Source: an uncultured Prolixibacteraceae bacterium
GTDB lineage: Bacteria > Bacteroidota > Bacteroidia > Bacteroidales > Prolixibacteraceae
NCBI GenBank assembly: GCA_964472165.1
Contig: CAYYJE010000002.1
Location: 1-55,184, forward strand
Reading direction: 5' to 3'
Length of the DNA stretch: 55,184 bases
Part shown: positions 28,293 to 38,509 of the stretch, piece by piece
Position numbering within the stretch: the first letter of the stretch is position 1
Layout: each line of letters begins with the position of its first letter
Program-made: the position numbers and the translations under genes
Notes under the pieces: generated by a model
Databases searched by the model: none
What the model was told of the DNA's origin: nothing
Seen by the model: the letters and a program-made list of their open reading frames with translations, nothing else

Positions 28293-30557
28293 ATGGAAAA
28301 TTTTTACCTGTTACTGGTTGTCATTCTGTTTGCCCTGGCTTTATCCGATCTGGTTGTCGGGGTAAGCAATGATGCCGTCAACTTTCTCAATTCCGCCATC
28401 GGATCAAAAGCGGCTCCCAAATGGGCGATTTTCTCACTGGCAGCTTTAGGTGTATTTATCGGTGCAACCTTTTCAACGGGAATGATGGAGGTTGCCCGAA
28501 AGGGGGTTTTTCACCCCGATATGTTTGCTTTCTCAGAAATTATGATTCTCTTTCTGGCGGTGATGCTTACCGATGTCATCCTCCTCGACACCTTTAATTC
28601 GCTGGGTCTGCCTACATCCACAACTGTATCGCTTGTCTTTGAACTGCTTGGTTCAGCAGTGGCGGTATCGCTTGTGAAGATCCGGAACCTGGGGGGGACT
28701 TTTGCCGACCTCGCACAATATGTCAATACAGGGAAAGCACTCGCGATTATCACCGGGATTCTGGTTTCCATAATAATTGCTTTCACATTTGGTACGCTGA
28801 TCCAGTATCTGGCACGCCTGGTCTTTACCTTCAAGTACCGCCGTAAACTGCAGTATCTTGGATCGGCTTTCGGTGGTATTGCCATTACACTGATCAGTTA
28901 CTTTATCCTCATCAAGGGAATCGACGGCAGTTCCTTCGCGACCCTGCCCGTGGGCCATTCCGGAATTCCGCTTAGTGAATGGATCGCATCGCATACAGGA
29001 ATGTTGTTAATGGTGAGTCTTGCCGGGTGGACCATCCTCCTTCAGGCGCTCTATTGGTTGTTGAAAATCGACATTCTGAAAATTGTAGTATTGGCTGGTA
29101 CGTTTGCACTGGCCATGGCCTTCGCAGGAAACGACCTGGTGAATTTCATCGGGGTACCTATTGCGGGATTCAATTCTTTCCAGGCCTGGCAGGCCTCGGG
29201 TGGAGTGGCTCCGGGAGATTTTAAAATGGACATGTTGCTGGGCGACGTGGAAACCCCCTTTCTGTTTCTGGCTATTTCTGGATTGGTCATGATCATTACC
29301 CTGGTCACCAGCAAAAAGGCGCAGGCGGTGGTTGAAACCGGCATTAACCTGGGGCGCCAGTCCGAAGGGGTGGAAAAATTCGGATCTTCGGCCATTGCCC
29401 GGGCTTTGGTCAGAAGTTCGGTCAGAATCAACAAAAAGGTGAAAAGGCGTCTGCCGGAAAGAATGAATAAATTCATCATGAACCGGTTTGTTCCGGTTGA
29501 CCTGATTGACGATCCGAACGCTCCTGCTTTTGACAAGTTGCGTGCTTCTATCAACCTGGTAGTGGCCAGCAGCCTGATCGCTTTTGGCACCTCTCTTAAA
29601 TTGCCGTTGTCGACAACCTATGTGACTTTTATGGTCGCGATGGGGACCTCACTGGCTGACCGTGCCTGGGGGCGGGAAAGTGCAGTCTACCGGGTTTCAG
29701 GCGTTTTTGCAGTGGTGGGAGGCTGGTTCCTTACAGCCATCGTAGCTTTTACCGTGAGTGCCCTTATGGCCTGGATTATCAGCGCAGGAGGAATGCCTGT
29801 AATCGTCGGACTTATCCTTCTTGCCATCTTCCTGGTTATCCGCACACACATTCTTTTCCGCCGGCGTACCCGGAAATTGCCCGAAGATGAAGAACTGATC
29901 AGTGAGGTCGACGGGTCTTTAAAGCGGATCGAAAAGTGTACCAGTCAGGTGGTCAAAACCATCATTTCCTCCAACAAAATCTTCTCTTTTGCCCTCGAAA
30001 GCTTTCTCCAGGAGGATGTCAGTCATATGCGTGAATCCATGGAAATGAACAACCTCCTGAACGCAAAAACCAAAAAGCAAAAGAATAAGGTCATCCAGAC
30101 CATCTCCAAGATGAAAAGAGTGGATGTGGATGCAGGTTATTTCTACATCCAGGTGATCGACTACCAGCGGGAAATCGCCCATTCCCTCAACTTCCTTGTG
30201 GAACCCCTCAAAGAACATCTGGAGAACCAGCATAAACCCTTTACAGAATCACAAAGCATCGAAATCCGTCACCTGGTTTCTGAAGTGGACGAATTTTTCA
30301 ACCTGGCCATCCACATCGTCAAGGAAGGAAAATTCGATTCCATTGACGAACTGGTTGCCCAAAGAGTGAGAATTGCCGGAATCCTGTATGAGATCGAAAA
30401 GGACCAGGTGAAACGAATCAAGGAAAAGGAGGTAAACACCCGGAATTCATTGCTCTTCTTTAAAGCCCTTACGGAAACAAAAAATATGCTCCTCCATTCT
30501 GTGAACCTGATTAAGTCGTACCGCGATTTTATTCTTGCGAATGAAAAATCAATCTGA
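28293..30557 (+). CDS. Inorganic phosphate transporter (PiT family) with PhoU-like C-terminal helical domain
   Basis: GVSNDAVN and AGNDLVN signature repeats, LPTSTT/LPLSTT; helical soluble C-terminus. Confidence 0.88.
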   Translation: MENFYLLLVVILFALALSDLVVGVSNDAVNFLNSAIGSKAAPKWAIFSLAALGVFIGATFSTGMMEVARKGVFHPDMFAFSEIMILFLAVMLTDVILLDTFNSLGLPTSTTVSLVFELLGSAVAVSLVKIRNLGGTFADLAQYVNTGKALAIITGILVSIIIAFTFGTLIQYLARLVFTFKYRRKLQYLGSAFGGIAITLISYFILIKGIDGSSFATLPVGHSGIPLSEWIASHTGMLLMVSLAGWTILLQALYWLLKIDILKIVVLAGTFALAMAFAGNDLVNFIGVPIAGFNSFQAWQASGGVAPGDFKMDMLLGDVETPFLFLAISGLVMIITLVTSKKAQAVVETGINLGRQSEGVEKFGSSAIARALVRSSVRINKKVKRRLPERMNKFIMNRFVPVDLIDDPNAPAFDKLRASINLVVASSLIAFGTSLKLPLSTTYVTFMVAMGTSLADRAWGRESAVYRVSGVFAVVGGWFLTAIVAFTVSALMAWIISAGGMPVIVGLILLAIFLVIRTHILFRRRTRKLPEDEELISEVDGSLKRIEKCTSQVVKTIISSNKIFSFALESFLQEDVSHMRESMEMNNLLNAKTKKQKNKVIQTISKMKRVDVDAGYFYIQVIDYQREIAHSLNFLVEPLKEHLENQHKPFTESQSIEIRHLVSEVDEFFNLAIHIVKEGKFDSIDELVAQRVRIAGILYEIEKDQVKRIKEKEVNTRNSLLFFKALTETKNMLLHSVNLIKSYRDFILANEKSI

Positions 30558-30599
30558 TTTTTGTTTTTCTATCGGATCATTCTAAAGTTCAAAAAGAGG

Positions 30600-30642
30600 A
30601 TGTCTGCGAACCGGTATTTCACCCCGGTTTGCAGACATTTTT
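30600..30642 (+). terminator. Intrinsic terminator after pit
   Basis: ATGTCTGCGAACCGG / CCGGTTTGCAGACAT 15 bp stem followed by T run. Confidence 0.75.
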
Positions 30643-30717
30643 ATTGACAAAAGTTCACGCCGGTTCAAATGTGCTATTTTAGCAGCACATCGTAAGAACT
30701 GATTTAAATTGTAAAAA

Positions 30718-31158
30718 ATGAAAAAAGCAGGTTTGGTTGTTTTATTGATATTACTGGCTTGTACCGGTTTTGCCCAGAATGCGGATGCCATTGCCGGCAT
30801 TTGGTGGAATGATGAGAAGACCACAAAGATTAAAGTGGAAAAGAAGGATGGGAAATACATCGGTACCATTGTGTACATGATTCCTGAAAAGTACGTGAAC
30901 GGGAAATCTCCTGTCGATGACAAAAATCCCGATCCGGCGCTTCAGAAACGTCCCGTGGTAGGGTTACAGATTCTGTCCGGATTTGTGTACAATGCATCCA
31001 AAAAAGAGTGGGCTGGCGGCAGGATTTATGATCCCAAGTCAGGAAAGACCTACGACTGTTTTGCCAGAATGGATGGTGATGTACTGAAACTGAAGGGATT
31101 TGTGGCCGGTATGCGTTGGTTGGGCCGTGAATCGGAATGGTACAAAACCACCCTTTGA
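30718..31158 (+). CDS. DUF2147 domain protein, secreted
   Basis: Signal peptide; DDKNPDP, WAGGRIYDPKSGKTY. Confidence 0.88.
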   Translation: MKKAGLVVLLILLACTGFAQNADAIAGIWWNDEKTTKIKVEKKDGKYIGTIVYMIPEKYVNGKSPVDDKNPDPALQKRPVVGLQILSGFVYNASKKEWAGGRIYDPKSGKTYDCFARMDGDVLKLKGFVAGMRWLGRESEWYKTTL

Positions 31159-31165
31159 TCCGGTT

Positions 31166-31945
31166 TTATCCCGACACCCGGACGCTGAATCCTTCGGATT
31201 CCGCCCTGCGAGCAATTTTCTTCAACGCTGTTACCGGAACTTTCTCAAGGGTATCAACGGGCGTATCCCTGGCAATGGTATAGATCATCACCATGGACGG
31301 TTTGATCTTTTTCAGCAATTCCAGCCAGGCTTCGATTTCGTGGGGCAGTGTATTGTCAACCGCTGTTCCCTGGTAGCTCCCCCTGATGAACATGGTCTGA
31401 ATGATTACCTTTCCATTGAAGGCAATCAGCTGTTGTACAACTTCATCCAGGCTGAATTGGCTGTTGGGACAGTCCAACAGTCTGATGGTCTCTTCAAAGG
31501 CTGAATCCAGCTTCTGGATATTGTTGTCAACTTTGAGCAGGGCAGAAAAAATACCGGGGCGGTGAAGCATGGTTGCATTGGAAAGCACCGCGATGCGTGC
31601 TTCGGGTGACCATTTCTCCCTCAGTTCAAGGGTATCGTCGACAATGCCGGCAAAATCAGGATGGAGGGTTGGTTCTCCGTTGCCTGCAAAGGTGATCACA
31701 TCGGGAAGCCTTTCCTCCTGTGCCATTGTTTGGAGTTTCTTCTCGAGTTCCGATTTCACTTCTTCCCTGGAAGGCAAACCTCCCTTGCTGCTCCTTTTAC
31801 GGGGATTCCTGCCGCATTCGCAATAGATGCAATCAAAAGAGCAGATCTTTGAATCTGCAGGTAACAGGTTGATTCCCAGTGAAACACCCAGCCTGCGGCT
31901 GATGACGGGACCGAAAATGATTTTGTCAAACAGAAAGGTGGCCAT
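31166..31945 (-). CDS. Radical SAM Fe-S oxidoreductase
   Basis: FGPVISRRLGVSLGIN, CSFDCIYC (CxxxCxxC), GNGEPTLHP. Confidence 0.9.
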   Translation of the reverse strand: MATFLFDKIIFGPVISRRLGVSLGINLLPADSKICSFDCIYCECGRNPRKRSSKGGLPSREEVKSELEKKLQTMAQEERLPDVITFAGNGEPTLHPDFAGIVDDTLELREKWSPEARIAVLSNATMLHRPGIFSALLKVDNNIQKLDSAFEETIRLLDCPNSQFSLDEVVQQLIAFNGKVIIQTMFIRGSYQGTAVDNTLPHEIEAWLELLKKIKPSMVMIYTIARDTPVDTLEKVPVTALKKIARRAESEGFSVRVSG

Positions 31946-31976
31946 ATTCAAAATTTCGGTACAAAGATAGCAAAGA

Positions 31977-33170
31977 TCAGACGAGCCTGAGGGCCCGGCT
32001 GCCGGAAGTCAGGACTGGTTTTTCCGGATCAGTTCCGGTGATCAGGACGATACCGGGTTTTTTCCCTGTTACCAAAGTTCCCACAAGGTGATCCAGTTTT
32101 AAGGCCATGGCACCGTTGTGGCAACCCCAGGAAAGCAACTCTTCGAACGGGATCTCCGGAAAGTTCAGGTGAAGGGTCTTCATCTCCTCAAAAACAGAAA
32201 GTGAATAATTTGAAGCCAGACTGTCGGTACCCAGGCACAACGGAAGTCTCCCGGTTCTGAAAAGTCCGACCGGAGGAAGATGGTTCCCGATATACAAATT
32301 GGAGTTGGGACACAACACAAGCCAGGTGTTGCGATAAGGTCTGATCTGGTCAATTACACGGAGGTCGTCGCTGCTCATAAAGGTATTGTGCACCAGCAAG
32401 AGAGGTTTTTTTGCTGGAAGTTTAGGCAGGCAGGAAACCGGCGGGGTTTTTCCCGGAGGATGCCAGTACGAAGTCTCCAGTCCCAGGTTTTTCTGCAGGT
32501 GTTCCAGAATAGGACCGGTTCCGTCGCGGTAAAACCGGTTTTCATCATCGCTTTCCTGGTTGTGGATGGAAAGAATACGGCTTTCAACTTCGCTGAGTCC
32601 TGCAATCAGTGAAAACAACTTGTCGCTGACTGAATAGGGTGAGTGGGGAACAATGGAAGCCGGCAATCCCAGGTCATTAAAGGTGTGCCTGGTCTGTATG
32701 GCCGACTTCATTGCCTTCTCAGCCCTTAAGGGGTGAAAGCCGAAAACTTCGACAAAGGTGTGCCAGGCAATACTGCTTTTCGATTTGATGGTGGCAGTCA
32801 GGGTGTTGTTGGAGACATCACCTGCGGCCACGGTTCCTCCAAGCGCCATCTCCCGTTCTGCTTCTTCGGCAGCAAGAAGTATCTCCTCTTCAGGAGCATT
32901 TCTTTTGTGGTTGATTTCACCGATAAAGTGAGGAATGCCGCGGTGCGAGGCAATTTTCCCCCTGAGGTGCGACAATTCAAGGTGGCAGTGGCAATTGACG
33001 AATCCCGGAACAAGGATCCCCTGGTAATGTTCTGTTGTTTCCTGCCCTGTCCGCTCAGCGCCGCCCTCCGATATGCCGGTGATCGTACCTGTATTGTCAA
33101 CCGTGATCACCCCGTTGACAAGGGGTGGACCTGCAAGGGTGAAAATCCGGCTTGCTGATATTCTTCTCAC
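31977..33170 (-). CDS. Amidohydrolase family protein (deaminase-like)
   Basis: PGFVNCHCHLELS, PHSPYS, CPNSN, LGTDSLASN. Confidence 0.88.
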   Translation of the reverse strand: MRRISASRIFTLAGPPLVNGVITVDNTGTITGISEGGAERTGQETTEHYQGILVPGFVNCHCHLELSHLRGKIASHRGIPHFIGEINHKRNAPEEEILLAAEEAEREMALGGTVAAGDVSNNTLTATIKSKSSIAWHTFVEVFGFHPLRAEKAMKSAIQTRHTFNDLGLPASIVPHSPYSVSDKLFSLIAGLSEVESRILSIHNQESDDENRFYRDGTGPILEHLQKNLGLETSYWHPPGKTPPVSCLPKLPAKKPLLLVHNTFMSSDDLRVIDQIRPYRNTWLVLCPNSNLYIGNHLPPVGLFRTGRLPLCLGTDSLASNYSLSVFEEMKTLHLNFPEIPFEELLSWGCHNGAMALKLDHLVGTLVTGKKPGIVLITGTDPEKPVLTSGSRALRLV

Positions 33171-33559
33171 TCTACTGTTTTATTTCCGATATCGACAGGC
33201 GACTGCTCCTTTTCTTCCAGCTTTTGTTGCATCTGTGTCAGCCGGTTAACCACCCTCGTGTAGATCTTTTCGAATTCCTTGGGTTTGCGGGAATAATAAA
33301 TCAGCGATTGTTCAAAGGTAGAGTCGGCCACATCATGTTTTTTCAGTACCGAATAATAAAAATCCGATTCGGTATAGCGGCTCAGTTCCTCGGTGGTGTA
33401 TCTTTTGGCCTGGAAAACCGCCTCCGCCAGATGGATGTCGGTCAGCATTTCGATCATGTCGTCGCGCGACACCAGTTTATTGGGTTTCGGGACGACCGGA
33501 TCGGAACATGCCAATGCCGTCAGAAGCAAAATTGCCAGAAATGGGCTGCCTTTTTTCAT
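33167..33559 (-). CDS. DUF4296 domain lipoprotein
   Basis: Lipobox ALAC; MLTDIHLAEA, FEQSLIYY, IYTRVVNRL. Confidence 0.82.
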   Translation of the reverse strand: MKKGSPFLAILLLTALACSDPVVPKPNKLVSRDDMIEMLTDIHLAEAVFQAKRYTTEELSRYTESDFYYSVLKKHDVADSTFEQSLIYYSRKPKEFEKIYTRVVNRLTQMQQKLEEKEQSPVDIGNKTVE

Positions 33560-33652
33560 GAACTGACCGGAAATTAATAAGCTCCAAAATTACACATTTC
33601 CCTGGTTTCTGGTATCTTTTTCCGCCGGTTTCAGGTTTGGGAGAAAACAGGA

Positions 33653-35011
33653 TTACCGGAACAATTTTTTAAAGACATCTTCAACCCTGGCCACTTTAAT
33701 GATTTCAAGACTGAAAGCCGTCGCGTCAAAACCTTGGTTCCCCCGGGGAATGAAAATCCTCTGGAATCCGAGACGTGCGGCTTCGGCCACCCTTTGTTCA
33801 ATTCTGCTGACTGCCCTGACCTCACCGGTGAGGCCCGCTTCACCGGTAAAGCAGTCGTGAGGCCCCACAGCCAGGTCGAGATTGGAGGAGAGAATCGAAA
33901 CCAGTACAGCCAGGTCGGTTGCCGGATCACTGATTTTCAGACCTCCGGCTACGTTAAGAAAAACATCTCTGGCAATCAGCTTGAAGCCGGCTCTCTTTTC
34001 GAGAACAGCCAGGAGCATATTCAGTCGACGGAGGTCAAATCCCGTGGAAGAACGCTGAGGCATTCCATAAGCTGCAGAGCTTACGAGCGCTTGTATTTCA
34101 ATTAAAAAAGGTCTGATTCCTTCGATGGTGGCCGCGATAGCTGTGCCGCTTACCGGGTCATTTCCTGTGGAAATCAGGTGAGCTGAAGGATTTTCAATTT
34201 CTACCAACCCGTTTTGGCGCATTTCAAAAATTCCCAGTTCTGAGGTGGATCCGAATCTGTTTTTGGTGGAACGCAGGATCCGGAACAGGTGGTGGGTATC
34301 TCCTTCAAACTGGATGACGGTATCCACAATATGTTCCAGCACTTTGGGACCTGCCAGGTTTCCCTCCTTGTTGATGTGGCCGATCAGGATCACAGCCGTA
34401 TGGTTTTTCTTGGCATATTTGAGGATGGCGGAGGTGCATTCCCTGACCTGGGTAACCGATCCCGGCGATGATTCGACACGCTCAGTTGAAATGGTCTGAA
34501 TGGAATCCACGATCAGGATGTCGGGTTTTTCCTGCTCCATGATTGCCAGGAGTGATTCGAGTGAGGTTTCACAGAGAAAGAGGCATTCCCGGCTTGTCAG
34601 TTTTAACCGGGTTGCCCTTAGCTTGATTTGCTGAAGGCTCTCCTCCCCTGAGGCATAGATGATTTTTTTTTCTTTCAGGGTTAAAGCCAGTTGCAGTACC
34701 AGGGTGGATTTCCCGATACCGGGTTCACCCCCGATCAGCACCATGGATCCCGGAACTATTCCGCCGCCCAGCACCCTGTTGAATTCAGAAATTCCCGTGT
34801 TGATGCGTGTAAAGTTGGCAGCTGATATATCTTCCAGCTTCAGGGGTCTGTTCTCTCCGGGCAGGAAAGGGACAGCTGCGGATTTGGATGCCGTGGCGAT
34901 GATCTCCTCCACATAGGTATTCCACTGGTTGCAGGAAGGACATTTCCCGATCCATTTGGGTGATTCTGCACCACAATTCTGACAGATAAAGATGGTTTTA
35001 AGTTTTACCAT
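33653..35011 (-). CDS. radA: DNA repair protein RadA/Sms
   Basis: C4 zinc finger, GEPGIGKST, KNRFG motif. Confidence 0.97.
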   Translation of the reverse strand: MVKLKTIFICQNCGAESPKWIGKCPSCNQWNTYVEEIIATASKSAAVPFLPGENRPLKLEDISAANFTRINTGISEFNRVLGGGIVPGSMVLIGGEPGIGKSTLVLQLALTLKEKKIIYASGEESLQQIKLRATRLKLTSRECLFLCETSLESLLAIMEQEKPDILIVDSIQTISTERVESSPGSVTQVRECTSAILKYAKKNHTAVILIGHINKEGNLAGPKVLEHIVDTVIQFEGDTHHLFRILRSTKNRFGSTSELGIFEMRQNGLVEIENPSAHLISTGNDPVSGTAIAATIEGIRPFLIEIQALVSSAAYGMPQRSSTGFDLRRLNMLLAVLEKRAGFKLIARDVFLNVAGGLKISDPATDLAVLVSILSSNLDLAVGPHDCFTGEAGLTGEVRAVSRIEQRVAEAARLGFQRIFIPRGNQGFDATAFSLEIIKVARVEDVFKKLFR

Positions 35012-35074
35012 GGATTCCTGGTTAACTGATTAGTGGAAGATGACAACTGAAAATGAGTCTGACAGGATCACGAT

Positions 35075-35572
35075 TTACGGCAAATTACGAATTTTTTCAA
35101 TCAGCAGCGTGGTGGAAAATCCGGGTACCAGGTCAATGGTTTCCACTTTCCCTCCATTGGCTGCAACGGCTTCATTCCCCGCTATCTCACCGGGGGCATA
35201 GTCATTCCCTTTGATCAGGAATTCTGGCAGAATCGCTTCAATCAAAAGGAGGGGTGTCTCCTCTTCAAAGATTACCACGGCGGAGACAAACTGCAACGCT
35301 GCCAGCATCAATGCCCTGGAATACTGGTCAGTCAGTGGCCGGCTGGTACCCTTGAGCCGGGTAACAGAGCGGTCGGAATTTAATCCGATTACCAGACAGT
35401 CTCCCCTGGAAGCTGCCCTGGCCAGATACTCCACATGCCCCCTGTGCAACAAATCAAAGCAACCATTGGTAAAGACAATACGATTTCCTTCTCTCCGCCA
35501 GGTCTTTAACAGGGATCTAAAAGATTCAAAATCAGTGAATACCTTTTTTTCTATATTTTGCAGATGATCCAT
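35075..35572 (-). CDS. rfaE2: D-glycero-beta-D-manno-heptose 1-phosphate adenylyltransferase
   Basis: FTNGCFDLLHRGH, GLNSDRSVTRLKG, STT. Confidence 0.9.
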   Translation of the reverse strand: MDHLQNIEKKVFTDFESFRSLLKTWRREGNRIVFTNGCFDLLHRGHVEYLARAASRGDCLVIGLNSDRSVTRLKGTSRPLTDQYSRALMLAALQFVSAVVIFEEETPLLLIEAILPEFLIKGNDYAPGEIAGNEAVAANGGKVETIDLVPGFSTTLLIEKIRNLP

Positions 35573-35739
35573 TCAAAGTTTTTCTAAAAATAATCAAAAC
35601 CCTGTATAATCCGAATATCCGGATGAAGTCTTATTTCCGTTTGCCATTTTAAATCAAATGGTTGATTTACCGGATTTCATTGAATATACGGATATTTTCG
35701 TTAATTTTGCAGTGATTTAATGCTGCATAGGAAAAGTAG

Positions 35740-36540
35740 ATGGAAAACAAAAGAATTCTTTACATTTCTCAGGAAATAACCCCCTATCTTCCTGAAAGTG
35801 AAATGTCGGAAATCTCACGCTACCTGCCGCAAGGCGTACAGGAAAAAGGCAGGGAAATCAGAACTTTTATGCCCCGGTATGGTTGTGTGAACGAACGCAG
35901 GAACCAACTTCATGAAGTGATACGGCTTTCGGGTATGAACCTTGTCATCAACGATACCGATCACCCGCTGATAATCAAGGTGGCCTCCATTCAATCAGCC
36001 CGGATGCAGGTTTATTTCATCGACAACGAGGATTATTTTCACAGAAAGTGCGTTTTTACAGATCCGGAAAACAACTTCTTTGAAGACAACGATGAACGGG
36101 CAATCTTCTTTGCCAGAGGTGTCCTTGAAACTGTAATCAAACTTCGCTGGGCTCCCGACATCATTCATTGCCACGGATGGCTTACCGGCCTTGTTCCCCT
36201 TTACATCAAAAAATACTATCACGACGATCCGTTGTTCGCACAATCTAAAGTGGTTTATTCCGTTTACAATGACGATTTTCCAGGGACGCTGAATAAAAAT
36301 TTCAGGAAGAAGCTGTTGGTAAAAGGCATCTCGGGCAATGATGTGAAAATTGTTGAAAATCCGACTTTTGTCAATGTAAGCAAACTTGCCGTTCATTTTT
36401 CCGATGCAATTATCCGGGGATCGCGGGAAATAAATCCCGAACTGGAGCACTTCATCGCAGAATCGGGAAAGATGCTGCTGCCTTACCAGGAAAAGGAGAG
36501 TTACATTGATGCGTACAACGATTTCTATGACAAAGTGTAA
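35740..36540 (+). CDS. Glycogen/starch synthase N-terminal (GT5) domain-only protein
   Basis: EITPY, FMPRYG, YFIDNEDYF, DNDERAIFF, DIIHCHGW. Confidence 0.85.
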   Translation: MENKRILYISQEITPYLPESEMSEISRYLPQGVQEKGREIRTFMPRYGCVNERRNQLHEVIRLSGMNLVINDTDHPLIIKVASIQSARMQVYFIDNEDYFHRKCVFTDPENNFFEDNDERAIFFARGVLETVIKLRWAPDIIHCHGWLTGLVPLYIKKYYHDDPLFAQSKVVYSVYNDDFPGTLNKNFRKKLLVKGISGNDVKIVENPTFVNVSKLAVHFSDAIIRGSREINPELEHFIAESGKMLLPYQEKESYIDAYNDFYDKV

Positions 36541-36541
36541 A

Positions 36542-37888
36542 ATGGGTACCAATCATTTAAAATCATTCAAATTGATAAAAAAATTGAACCAGGGCCGTTA
36601 CTCTGCGGCCTTTTATCTGTTGCTGATCACCATTGCATTCAGTTCCTGCAACAACACCGGTGATGTAGGGATGGACCTGCTACCCGCCACTGACCTGATC
36701 AATGTGGTCAGTACCGTCGACAAAAACTCAGTCACTGCATACCCTTTCAGGGATGATTCCCTCCGGACCGATGAGTCTTCTTCCAGTCTGCTGGGTACTT
36801 TAAACGATCCGGTATTTGGCAGGACTTCCATCGACCTGGGGTTGCAGTTCAGACTCGGCAGATTTCCCCGGTTTGGCACTAACCCTGTGGCCGACTCCGT
36901 CATATTTTATTTTTACTACAGGACCATTTACGGCGACACGGCCTCCGTCCAGAAACTGGAGGTGTATGAACTGGAAGAAACGCTCGATCCCGATGCCAGC
37001 TATTACGACGATGTCAATCTTTCGCAGTATGCCTCCTCCTTTAAACTGGCTGAATATAATTTTCAGCCGAAAGTCAAACTCGACAGCATTTATCGCGATA
37101 CCGTGTACCAACTGGTAGGCATTAAGCTGGATAAATCACTGGCCAATAAACTGATTACGGCCGATTCGCTCGACCTGATCAACAACGACGTGTTCCTCCA
37201 GTATTTCAAAGGACTTTATGTCAAGTCGGCCAGTGCACAGGGAACAGGCGCCATTGTAACCCTGAACCTGCTTGAAACCAGCACGCTCCAGGGATCTGCC
37301 CTTGTACTTTATTACCACAACAACACCGATACGACCAACCTGGCATTTTATGTGACCGAATTCAGCGCCCGGGTAAACAGTATCAAACACGACTATTCCC
37401 AGGCTCCTTTCTTTTCCGGCCTTAACCAGGAGACCCGGAACGACAGCCTGATTTACATCCAGTCGACCGGTGGAATTCAATCCAAAATTTATTTCCCTTC
37501 ACTCGACTCCTGGAAAGATTCCACATCCATTGCCATTAACAAAGCAGAAGTCATCTTCAAGGTGGATACCCTTGCCTCCGACTTCCGGAAATACCCGTTG
37601 CCGTTTCAGCTCTTCCTGACCTATCTTGACGACAAAGGAAATGAATATCTTCCGAAGGATTATTCCTTCAACCCAACCTACTACGGCGGATTTCTCTATT
37701 CCGATTATACCTACCGGTTCAATATCACCCAGCATATGCAGAGTATCATCAAGGGTGAAACCGGAAATAACGGATTTTACCTGACCACTTCCAACAAGAA
37801 CAGTGAAATGAAGAGGGCTGTTCTGAAAGGGGGTACGAGTGCTGCCGGAATAAAAATTGCAGTCACTTACTCCAAGTTTCTGCAGTAA
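36542..37888 (+). CDS. DUF4270 family lipoprotein
   Basis: Lipobox FSSC; LLGTLNDPVFG, YFKGLYV, AINKAE, YRFNIT. Confidence 0.8.
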   Translation: MGTNHLKSFKLIKKLNQGRYSAAFYLLLITIAFSSCNNTGDVGMDLLPATDLINVVSTVDKNSVTAYPFRDDSLRTDESSSSLLGTLNDPVFGRTSIDLGLQFRLGRFPRFGTNPVADSVIFYFYYRTIYGDTASVQKLEVYELEETLDPDASYYDDVNLSQYASSFKLAEYNFQPKVKLDSIYRDTVYQLVGIKLDKSLANKLITADSLDLINNDVFLQYFKGLYVKSASAQGTGAIVTLNLLETSTLQGSALVLYYHNNTDTTNLAFYVTEFSARVNSIKHDYSQAPFFSGLNQETRNDSLIYIQSTGGIQSKIYFPSLDSWKDSTSIAINKAEVIFKVDTLASDFRKYPLPFQLFLTYLDDKGNEYLPKDYSFNPTYYGGFLYSDYTYRFNITQHMQSIIKGETGNNGFYLTTSNKNSEMKRAVLKGGTSAAGIKIAVTYSKFLQ

Positions 37889-38457
37889 TGTCGCTGGTTC
37901 AGTTCGGAACCTTTTTGCTGATAGCCATCGGACTTAGCTTCGATACCTTTGCCGCGTCGGTATCCTTTGGTGTCATACGAAAGGAAATCAAGTTTTTTCC
38001 GGCTGCACGGGTAGCTTTTTTTCTGGCATTTTTCCAGGCATTGTTTCCTCTGATCGGATGGTTTATCGGCAGCTCCCTGAAAAACCTGATTGCGGATTTT
38101 GACCACTGGGTAGCATTCGGGTTGCTGGCATTTATCGGCATCAGGATGATCGCGGAAGGAATCCGGAAACGCGAGGAGCCTCTGACTTTCGATCCCTTCC
38201 AACTGAAGCTCCTGATCGGGATTTCGATCGCTACCAGTATCGATGCACTGGTAGTCGGGCTTAGCTTCGGTCTTGTAAATACTTTTATTGTTTTCCCGGT
38301 ATTTGTTATTGGGGCGGTCACTTTCCTGGCTGCCATGCTGGGTATGCTCTTCGGGAAAAAAATCCCCGGTGAGAAAAGCCACCGGAGCATCATCATCGGG
38401 GGTGTCATCTTATTCCTAATCGGACTAAAGATCCTGGTCGAACACCTAACCGCCTGA
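37888..38457 (+). CDS. mntP: Manganese efflux pump MntP
   Basis: GLSFDTFAAS, DHWVAFGLL, IATSIDAL, IGLKIL. Confidence 0.88.
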   Translation: MSLVQFGTFLLIAIGLSFDTFAASVSFGVIRKEIKFFPAARVAFFLAFFQALFPLIGWFIGSSLKNLIADFDHWVAFGLLAFIGIRMIAEGIRKREEPLTFDPFQLKLLIGISIATSIDALVVGLSFGLVNTFIVFPVFVIGAVTFLAAMLGMLFGKKIPGEKSHRSIIIGGVILFLIGLKILVEHLTA

Positions 38458-38509
38458 CAGGTTTTAATTGTTGCGTGAAAGCTCTATTTTTGCGGATATT
38501 TTTCAGAAA

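Noticed and set aside
37800-37890. yybP-ykoY manganese riboswitch ahead of mntP
   Set aside because: There is no leader: the mntP start overlaps the DUF4270 stop.
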